From positions 15,562,001 through 15,626,000 of the forward strand of contig JAQFVV010000006.1 of the NCBI GenBank assembly GCA_028023455.1: DNA of 64,000 nucleotides, read 5' to 3'. Under the pieces are notes generated by a model. That model did not search any database and was not told the DNA's origin. It saw only the letters and a list, made by a program, of their open reading frames with translations. Position numbers and translations under genes: made by a program. Below are positions 53,937-64,000 of the stretch, piece by piece. This stretch comes from Epiperipatus broadwayi. Its lineage: Eukaryota > Animalia > Onychophora. Every line of letters starts with the position of its first letter. Position 1 is the stretch's first letter.

Positions 53937-55065
53937 CATAGGGAAAAAAAGATGTTAACTGAAAAGTATTTAAAATAATCCTCATTCTCAGTATATAAGA
54001 CATTCTACTCACACTTTATATACATTTGACCAGTAGTAATTATACATTGTGCTTCTCCGCATATAGATTAATCAGCATGTGTATAAAATCATAGCAAGGT
54101 AATCCTTTAGCAAGTTGATTTATACTGAAATCTTTTAGTAAGCCGGTCTATTATAATCATGTCCATAGTATAGTATAATATCCCATTGACATTTTTAGGA
54201 AAGGTATATATTGCAATGGTCATATTTGCACATTCACACAACAAAATCCAGAATTCTGGAAAATTATCCCAAAGCTGATCTAGATAAGGGGTTGAGACCT
54301 CAAATCAGATCACACCTCAGTTCCTTTACCAATGCTCAATGATTTACTATCCTATGGATGGCATATTTCCTGGCAGTAGAACAGGGTGGAATATGAGACT
54401 CAGGGAATAATCAATAAATTAACAATTAACTAATAAACACACATATATGGCTTATTGAGATAATGCATATATTAATAATTAATATGAATATGAAATAGAT
54501 TGGGATAAGATTTGGGATGAAATATGAATAACACACTAAACATTATTACAAATTTAATATCTTTAATTATTAAATTATAAGTTAATTAATACAAAACAGA
54601 AGCGTATTGAGATTTTGCACTCGCAGGTGTTTTACAATAATGAGCTGAGTTGGATTTAGGGATCTCATCTTTTATGACGCACTTCAATCATTTAACTTTA
54701 AGTTTATTACAATTAATATCTGCATTTATAATCAAGCCTGAATAGGGTATGACATCTAGTCTAGGTTTGCTATAGATGTTAAATCTTATAAGAATGATAA
54801 CTGGCAAACTATAATTTATTCTGACTAACTTATGCGTAACGAGCAATAATATCCTCTCTATGCAGATTATTACATAAACTAGATCTGGTGTTCAGATCAA
54901 TGCTGAACTAAATAATAATATGAAGGGACAAACTGGTGGTTATAGTGGAGCTTCAGACACTATGGCACTAAATTTACTAAATAATAGTTGCGAGACAAAT
55001 GTGTATATAGTCATGGGATTCAGTATCAACTACTCAGTTCCATTGGATCATCAGACTTGCTATCC

Positions 55066-55379
55066 CAAAGTGAACTTTAAGTAATAATTTACTAAGGCTG
55101 TAACCTTAGAAATAAGCGTCTGAAAAATACGAAGGTAGGGACCTCTATAGGTTTTAAAACACAAGCTTACGCTATGAAGAAAAGAGAGAATCCCAGAGAA
55201 TCCATATACAAAGGTAGGGACCTCTTTTCTTCATAGCGTAAGCTTGTGTTTTAAGACCTATAGAGGTCCCTACCTTCGTATTTTTCAGACGCTTATTTCT
55301 AAGGTTACAGCCTTAGTAAATTATTACTTAATATAATAATGGGCGTTTAATAAAATTTATAATTACAAAGTGAACTTTA
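55066..55379. mobile_element. 300-bp young insertion: 110-bp near-perfect inverted repeat flanked by 14-bp direct repeat
   Basis: caaagtgaacttta at 55066-55079 and 55366-55379; arms 55077-55186 and 55222-55331 with one mismatch. Confidence 0.85.
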
Positions 55380-56882
55380 GTTTGGGGATTGGAGCAGCTT
55401 TACAATTGGTTTTTGGACCCTCATAATTCAAGTCCTAAGGAGGCTGTCCAAACTAATAATAGAACAGCATATAAACTATGATCCCATCTACAAAAAAACA
55501 TAGCAAAGTGTATTGCATGTGTGTGTTTTATAAGAATACATTCATAATGCTTAGTAAAATAATATTAATATTATAATTAAACCAATGCACAAAATACTTT
55601 AGTTTCATTCTGTGAAATTACCTTGTTCCAGTTCATGAATTAGCATACTTAAAATATGCTAAGAAGGATTTCATTAAAGCAATCTAGTTTAAAGATTAAA
55701 TATGGATAGTTTACATAATAAACTAAAGAGGAGAAAAGCATATTTGGGATTTAATTAATTATTTATAAAATGCTTTTATAACATCATTCTTGTGATTATT
55801 TAACTATTTATAATTCATTAATATGCAAACCTTGATGATAAGCTAAGACCTAGTAGCTTAATTAAATATACGTATATAAAAATAGGCTTCAAAACAGAAA
55901 TTTATGTTTGCTGAAAACAGCATAAATCAATTACAGGGGAGCTTCTAATCATCTCTTTAAAATTACTAATATTATTAATCTCTGTTCTGAATTATGGCAA
56001 ATCATAAATAGCAACGAAATAAAGAAAATAATAATAAAAGAGATTAGGCATGACTGCAGATTAGAAAAGTATAGACATAATAGCTGGACACAGTTATTTT
56101 GTTTAAAAGAATTATTAAGTTATAATTATTCATTAAGTATACAAGATTATTACAATTATTATTTAATTTAAAGTTACATTATTTTTATATTACAGAATTT
56201 AGTTATTTAAGAATTAGGATAAGTTTGCAGATTACGAACATTCAATTATATAGCTAGCTTGAGAAGTTTTAAGAGTAATTTGATTTTAGATTTATTTTTA
56301 AGAGCTCTGCAGGAAGAAATGTTACCAATCTTCTTCTGGCTGAGTTGTCTGGCAGTTAAAATATCTTTAAAAATAAAAACATAAAACAGTTTTTAACATT
56401 ACAACATAAAATATTTCATGTGTTCCTTCACATAAGTTTAGAACACTTCAAAATTCATGATATGCTTATAAAAATTAAATATACTTTTAAAAATCTACAT
56501 ATTAACATCACATATTTAAAACTATTTACAATGCCAAAATCAGCTGAAATTTGCATTGCAATCATTTTTTCTTCTGATTACAGCTGCCATCTAAAATCAA
56601 TAACTAAAGCTAAAATAGAAGACAGTCCCATTCTTTGTATTTGAGTAGTTTCAAAAAAATATGAAGATTAAATCAGGGAGTCAAACTTTCATATGAACAA
56701 TGCTGATAATTTTCAATTGATACCATAGCAAAATAATGAGGCAGTATTTTTGGTACTTAAGTATTATTCTGTCTCCCAAGTTTGGCAGCCATTTTTTAAA
56801 GTTATACAGTTTCAGGGCACAATAAATATTAAAAATAAAATGGATGAGAGGAACCAGTCTTATTTAATATTTTCAGGTTTTT

Positions 56883-56917
<35 letters not shown>

Positions 56918-56933
56918 TATTATTATTATTATT
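56883..56933. repeat. (ATC)n(ATT)n compound microsatellite
   Basis: Direct reading; source of the poly-His/Tyr in ORF 56750-56935. Confidence 0.9.
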
Positions 56934-57242
56934 AAAAAAGAAAAATTTCTGCAAATATTAATTTTAATATTTTCACATTATTTATTTTTTTATATGAAAT
57001 CAACTTATTAATATAAAAATAAAAAATACAAAGTGTTACAATATGCCCATTAAAGCAGATTTTTTGATGAGGGCAGGATCTTGTATCTTTATAAATTTTT
57101 CATTGCATGCTGTTCTGTCAAAGAAAGATCCCAAACCTTCATCATTTTTCTGAAATGGTAGTGATCCAAAATAAAAACACAACATAAATAAACTATGACA
57201 ATGTTTAGATCATGTTGGTGTTTACATGTTTTTTCCCCCATA

Positions 57243-57333
57243 TGTCATAGCATCAAACCCGCAACAACTGTCTGCAATCAACTGCTAGCTTGCAAGGCAG
57301 CTACACTGACCTCGCGGCTAACAATGCTTGACA
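57243..57333 (-). mobile_element. Family C tRNA-like SINE
   Basis: Similar to 4612-4710. Confidence 0.7.
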
Positions 57334-57608
57334 GGTGTTTACATGTTGGAATATAAATATATAAAAAAGGAAATAAACATTCTGAATGGAATTTATAATC
57401 GATATATTCATTTTTTAAACTTAACAACTAAAACCTATTCAGTAAAAATTAAATTAGGTAAAAAACATAAATTTGTACAACAGTTTAATTTAAAAAACCT
57501 AGATGTCAAGCTTGGGAGACAAGATAAGTAAGTAGGGATATTTTTTTAAGGTATGGAAGTTAAATGTACTTCAGTTAACTTAACCAATACAAAAACATTA
57601 ACATTGTA

Positions 57609-57693
57609 GTCAAGCGTTGGTGGCCTAGCAGTTAGCGTAGCATAACTTCCTAAGCAGCTGGCCTGGGTTCGCTTCCCGGTCAACGCTTTGACA
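57609..57693 (+). mobile_element. Family C-type tRNA-like element, best cloverleaf remnant
   Basis: Acceptor GCGTTGG:TCAACGC, A-box TGGCCTAGCAG, T-arm CTGGG TTCGCTT CCCGG; no regular anticodon arm, so not called a tRNA. Confidence 0.65.
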
Positions 57694-58999
57694 TATAAAA
57701 AGAACAACCTTAACATTGTACCATTTTGTATACATATACTGTATATTTAAATAAAAAACAATAAACAAAAAAAAATTCAAGTTTTATACAAAAAAATAAC
57801 AAAAACAAGTTATCAATTAACAAATACAGTTATCATTTAACTCTTCCCCCAACCAGTTTTTTAACTTTTTTTAAAAAACATAAATACAATTTTGCCTTTT
57901 TTATCCCTTCAGTTATTTAAAACCACTTACTCTTAGTATTCTATAACAGCATTTTATTTTTCTTTTCTTTCCAATTATTGTTTTTTTTTTTTTTTTTTTT
58001 TAAAAAAACTACTTTTAAATTTTTTAGCAATGGATCTCTTTTTAAATTTATTTCCAAATGAATATTTGGCAGTAAATGTTTTTTAGAGTTTTCAATTTGA
58101 CAAGTTAAAAATAGTCTTTTTTTACAACAAAAAAAAAAATCATTGTATAGAAGTTACAGATTAATATTTTATTTTTTAATGCTTTGAAATGAGCTAGAAG
58201 TTTGTCACGTGACCGATATTTACAATTTGTTTTACTTGTTAACTTGCGATAAAAAAAAAAATTAAACATTGTTAAAAAAAAATTAAAACCACTTTTAAAT
58301 TTTTTTAGCAAACGAAAGATGTTTTTTTTTTTTTAAAATTATATTTCCATTATTTTTTTTTACATTTGCTGGTTTTGTTTTAAAAATTTAAATGTAGTGC
58401 TTTTCGATGATTATAGACTACTTAATGGCAACCACCCCATGTGGTATTGCATGTGACATTTAAAAAGCGTTCTTGACTTTTCAGTGAGTGAATATATCTT
58501 TTTTTTAAGCTAATGTGAATTTGTTTCTTTATAAGTTTCTTGTCTTCAAATCTGGACTAGTCCAGATTCCATCTTATCTTGATCGGATTAAGCATTCATC
58601 GGCATTGACCAATGTATGTACAATTAGATAACATTTGTCCAATGGCAAGGGTAGGCTAATAGACAATGATACACACTGAATCTGATTGTCTTCATTATAG
58701 ATGGGGATCTGGCTATAAATAGTCAATCAAAAGGTAACACAACTGGGTGTCCATTATATAGTTAACACAGTGAGACAAGTTCTCATTCAGGATTGAAATC
58801 TGCTAGAATCTCAATCATATATGAGGGATGCTGTCACAGTACAGCTGGTAGTGGTAAATAGACTGATAAGGGTTCCAGAAATCCCTTCCAGTTATAGTTG
58901 CACAACAACTAATTCTATAACAGGCAATAGCAGATGGAAATATAACAGTGTATATATAATAAATACACACTATATATTAATAAATAAATATTTTCCTGA

Positions 59000-59240
59000 A
59001 GATTTGTGATGATAATGTTTTAGTTGTATTTATATATTGGACTATTTCCATCATCTGTGTATTGAAGAATGTCTTTAGAAAAATTTAACTTTCCAAATAG
59101 ATTCAACTGTTATTATTAGCACATCAAACAGGTTATATGTGCACAATGTTTCAAGCAGTATAATTCTCCCCTCTTCTTCAGGTGTTGCTGGCCTGTCAGT
59201 GACAGTACTAGCATGATATTCGAACCTGGACTCTTAGATT
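59000..59240 (-). mobile_element. Family F tRNA-derived SINE
   Basis: GGTTCGAATATC B-box on minus strand; colinear with 14545-14800. Confidence 0.55.
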
Positions 59241-59349
59241 CTTGAGTATCGAATTTTAAGGTAACACTCTAAACAAGTGAGTCATCCTGCCAAAAGTATC
59301 AGTCAGTAAATATTTTATATACTTATCTATGAGGTTCCTCTTGATTCCT

Positions 59350-59800
59350 CTACTTTTTTATAAGAACAAAGTTCATTAGTGGTTTTCATACATTATGTAT
59401 AGTCTAGGTTGACTTATGGGATTGTTTGCCATTTTCATGAGAGCAGCTTTAAATTCTCTCCTTTGTACCTTTTCTTTTCTATCCAATATTTTTGTATTTT
59501 CCCAATTGAACATATGTTCATTAACACATACGTGGTCTGCTACCTTAAACACATCTGTTTTCTCTCTTATAATCATCAGTTTGTGTTCTTCCAAGTGCTT
59601 TTCAATGAGATGACTAGTCTCATCAATATATGTTCTTCCACATAAATGTATTTATATGAGTTTGTGTTGTATTGTAATTATACTGTAAACACACTTCCTA
59701 TCAATAAAGTTTGCATTTCATGAAGCAAATAAAGGTTTTATGATGATTTGCAACTGATCGATTGTGAAGATATCCTCTGTAGTTTAGTGCAATGAATACA
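59350..59800 (-). mobile_element. Penelope-like element GIY-YIG remnant
   Basis: ORF 59376-59594 EEHKLMIIREKTDVFKVADHVCVNEHMFNWENTKILDRKEKVQRREFKAALM; upstream VYSI...YVEE remnants. Confidence 0.75.
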
Positions 59801-59899
59801 GTGTCAGGCTGGCATGTAAAATCCTGGTATAAATTTCAGTGTTATCACTTCCAATCAAATTCCTTATGAACTTCCAAGCAATCAAGATATTCAATTATT

Positions 59900-60900
59900 A
59901 TTATTTGTGAAGGTGTAAAACAATGCATAATAAAATTGAAAAGAATGAATATTCCTTATATATAATGTTACACATTAGAATACAGCCATTCAACAATCAG
60001 TATAAAACAGGAATAATGAGAAAAATTAGGCAAAGAAATGCTTCATATGTGTCAGTTATGAAGTTCTGTTGATAGCCACTACAGTGCTGACTACATATAG
60101 ATATAAAGAAGAGCTAATGTGAATTTTACACGTTAATTTTTCTCCCCAATATGAAGAATGATGATAAGACATAATATGTGATCATCATGACTACCAGTTT
60201 GCCAATTAATTGCCATGACATTCCACAAAGTAGTCAATTTAAAAGACTTATGTTATCTTTGAAGAGACACAGCTATTTTACATTTTCAACTATACTAGAA
60301 TGAGTTATTGATAAAATCAAAGCAAGATTTTCATCAGCATTTTTATATATGGCAGAATGTTAGGTATGAATAAATGTTACATATGTACAAATGCTAAAAC
60401 ACAAAGGAAGATTATAAAGAAAGGAATGTTGGCTGTGAGAAAGATGTACTAATTGATTGCAATGGAATTCAACCAATGCAATTCAGAGAATATAAATACT
60501 CTATAGTAGAGTAAATGAACACTCTGCTAAAGTCTGCTAGAAGTTTGCAGAGAGAAAACATAAGAGTCTATTGAGCAGGCAAACTCAGAGAATTCAAAAA
60601 TGAGACACATGATGGTATATAGAAAGTAACAAATGACATGTCAGACAGGATTGAAGCTTCAGAGGTATAATATAGCTTGACTATCAGAGCATAAGAGGAC
60701 AGCTTAGAAGTAAAGAGGAGCAAAGTTCATCTCAACACTGAAGAGCCTTAAAGTAACACATAACATTAAGTCTTTATATTGCATGACCTTAAGAGTAGGT
60801 GATAGAAAGGCAATCTTAAACAAGACTGGGCAAAAGTTGAGTACAGAAGAGTATAAAAAGTATTCAAGAACCAGGATTACCTATGGCAGAATTCACTATA
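59900..60900 (+). mobile_element. Possible highly decayed RTE-like LINE
   Basis: Purine-rich coding-like texture; RIEASEV resembles RTE RIEAFEM; many stops. Confidence 0.3.
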
Positions 60901-62814
60901 AGTAAAGTAATAAAAACACCTTACCAAACAATCCAAGCTAGACAGATACAATAAGCTGACAATAATCTGTTGTGTGTTTAACCTGATAAGCAACAATGGG
61001 GACAACTATTTAGCATATTATTGTATTAATGTATATGTGATTAATAAACATGTTAAAGTATGACTGCAGAGATTATTTCACACAAACCCAACAAACACAA
61101 AGTCTGGGGAAAATGTGTCCATGTAAATATAGAGATTATAACCCTAATCAATAGACTTTTATTGTAGCATCAGGCCAATTTGTGAAATTATTAATACATC
61201 AGTGATCCAATATAAATATAACTAAATAAATCAACATTGCAGTTTTTCTCATTCTTTATTTCATTTTTTAATACATTACTTTCAACTATTGAAGATAGTA
61301 AATTCCAGACATCTGAAATTACACTGATTATTCTAATTTGCAAGTGGCAGCTGATGAAAAACAGTGATGAATAAAACACGTGCAGTTGTTTTGTGGCATA
61401 ATTTGTAAGTACTAAAATGGTAATATCTAGATCTAAATAATTATTTCACTTAGAGATTGGTATAACAATTATGGTTTTTCATTTGAATTTTTGGTTAAAA
61501 TAGTAATAATATAATTTTTTTATTTGTGAAATTAGTTTCTTGACATTCGAAGTAGCATTTCTGATTGTAAATAAGAAGAAGAGTTATACTACTGTTTTTT
61601 AGAATGTTTCTTATTATTTCAATGACTCAAGCAATCTATTTAAATACCTTTTGATATATATAATGATAGACAAAGATGAAGATATCCAAATCTGGGAAAG
61701 ATTGGTTCATCTTCATGAAGTGAAAATAATTTGCATAGTAATAGATTAGCTTCAGCTAATAAAAATAATTTGCATAATAGTAACTACTTTTGTACTTATT
61801 TATAATTTGATCAAACTAATACTATCTTAGTGTTGGGTGTTAAATTAATGTTCAAATTTGGCAGATTAAAAAATTACGTTAGAAACGAAGACACTGTCAA
61901 TTACCAATAAGCATTGCCTATTTACCACTATCATGCTGTTTTATATATCATGTTATTGATTTATTAAATATTATTTCTGATATAAAGAGTCTCCTCTGTT
62001 ATATTTCCATTTTCTTTTCCACATTTTCTCTCTACATTTTACTGAATTCAATCCCTTATGTAATTTGGAGCCCACTTAACCATAATGCTTCATACTATGT
62101 TTATTCTTCTGCGTTAACTATGACAATGGAATTATTCTGTATGCAAACACATTTTCATCCTTTAATTGCATCTATAATTCTGTCAAACTCATTAAGCATC
62201 ACATGATCACAGGGTGACAATACTGTATGGAGAGTTTTGCTTTGTTTATCAACTCATTAAGCTAAGAATACTGACTTCAATCCTAGGTTAGAGTAATTGG
62301 TCTTAGTATGAAAGAACTTTAATATAGTTTATTTTATTCTTATTGGTTTATTTAAGCTATTTTATGTCAGCTGACAATCTACAGATTAAATTGAATATAG
62401 AAATTTATAGAAGTTACCATTTTAGAAAAAAAAAGTTGTCAAAATAATAGGAATGCTTTTATTTAGTGTGCACTAAAACCCCCCAAAATAATTGTTTCTT
62501 CAACTACAATAGGGTTTTTTAGATTTAACTTAAAATAAAACCATGGAGAGTCCTGAAATTATTAACTCCATTCCCATGTTGACCCCTTCCCTCCATACTT
62601 TTATTTCAAGTTCAATCCTAAAACTGCAGTTGTAGTTAAAGATACAATTATTTTTTTGGTTTTAGTGCACGAAAGTATTTACTATTGTAATGATCCGGAA
62701 AAAGAAAGACTTAACATAATCTGCACTACAGAGTGCCATCTAGGCATTTGAACCTAGAAAATTTATAAAGTAGGCAGATACATAAGTCAAATAAAATTTT
62801 TTTTTTTATTTATA

Positions 62815-62965
62815 TTGGTTGATTCCGGTTGTTAGCCCATTGTCACTAGCTCAGTGGAATAGCAGAGATTTATATTTTATAAATTCTTATCTAAGAATAT
62901 TTTTTTAAAAAAAGAATAAAATAAGCCACTGCCAGTAATTATACACACAAACATTTATTTACGCA
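62815..62965 (+). mobile_element. Family D short interspersed repeat
   Basis: Reverse complement of 34445-34590. Confidence 0.6.
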
Positions 62966-64000
62966 CATATATATAAAATTTCACATTATTATTTTAGCAT
63001 GTTTACTTTAACATTTAACATTATTTTTAACTTTTATTTTTAGATTTTAATTTACATTTTAATTTTTATACTATTATAAGTTCGCACAGATGGATTTATA
63101 AAAGTTTGTTTTAAAATGTTGAGTATAGATCGGTTACATAGATTCCACGGTTAAAAAGATTTCAAAATAAACATAAATGATCAAAATACAAAGTCATTGA
63201 TACCGCCAATTGCATAGGGAATACAAGAAACCCACTGGAATTCATCAAAAGATACCGCAGTGACACCAATAACTAAAAAGACATCCGAATAAATACATTT
63301 TAGATATTCACTGTAAGGTATCATTATTTACTGAATGTCTATGTATTTTGATCAAATATGAAAACCAAAAATGTAATTAACCGATAACGAATCCATGCAA
63401 CTTCCATACCCAACTTAAATTTAATGCATTTTTATTTTGAGTGTCGAGTATGAATAGACTACATAGATTTGCATTTGAAAAAAAATATTCTATCCTTATT
63501 TAACCTTAGGCCAAAAGTTCACAGCTAAACCGGAATCAATCCATCTGATATATCGATGTGTTCAATGTAATATGAAATACGACAGCACAATTAGGTTAAA
63601 AGAAGAAATTGCTTCTCGTCAGATAGGAATACTACATCTATCTGATGATAAGAGCAATAAAAAAAAACTCCATAGGAAGGAACTGCAGTCTCCATCTTAT
63701 AATTCCTCCCATAGGCAAAACGAGTGTGTGTGGCATATAAAGCGATTCTGCCCGTAGCGAACCTCATACTACATCTACTAATTACACCAATATATCCAAT
63801 CCAATTCAACTATGAAACAAATAACCTAAGATTACCCTACCCTAATATAACTTTACAAATCTATATGGCCATTCATGCCCGACTTAAGTTTAACATTTAT
63901 ATAATTTAATTTACCGCAAAACAAAAATCATAAATAAAACTTAAAGAACAAAAAAAAAAAAAACTAAATGGAAATGATTTTACAAAAAAGAAATACATCA

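Noticed and set aside
55025-55060. Minus-strand CTGATGA TCCA A TGGA
   Set aside because: Followed by ACTG, not GAAA
57614-57686. Functional tRNA gene
   Set aside because: Anticodon arm does not fold, T-loop is TTCGCTT, and it shares termini with the dispersed family C
58204-58213. GTCACGTGAC CLEAR/E-box palindrome
   Set aside because: Isolated motif with no associated gene evidence
63572-63909. NUMT or host CDS
   Set aside because: No recognisable mitochondrial or other protein motif in any frame I read

Overview
AT-rich, largely CpG-depleted eukaryotic (probably invertebrate) intronic or intergenic DNA made mostly of nested, decayed retroelements. I found no convincing intact host protein-coding gene; most ORFs in the track are chance AT-rich frames or LINE/Penelope remnants. 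Main result: the two most abundant dispersed repeats each carry a type I hammerhead ribozyme (HHR) fold. Family A has a ~456-bp monomer and ~20 copies or fragments; family B has a ~474-bp monomer and ~7. Both HHRs have a CUGANGA/GAAA core, covarying stem II, a very short stem III (palindromic in A) and a bulged stem I. Both families occur as head-to-tail tandems, circular permutations and sense-outward foldbacks, as expected for retrozyme or Penelope pseudo-LTR-type non-coding retroelements. Two further unrelated HHRs (45.99 kb, 50.87 kb) and four Penelope-like GIY-YIG endonuclease remnants are present. One remnant has the inverted-arm structure with a decayed HHR in each arm, giving a plausible mobilising partner. 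Also present: RTE-clade LINE remnants (one split by four HHR-element insertion blocks), CCHC-type LINE ends, a short tRNA-like SINE found in divergent pairs, a young 110-bp hairpin insertion with a 14-bp TSD, a 90-bp minisatellite and a ~440-bp (AAT)n tract. All alignments, folds and translations were done by eye; element boundaries are approximate (about +/-10-30 bp) and ribozyme activity is predicted, not shown.
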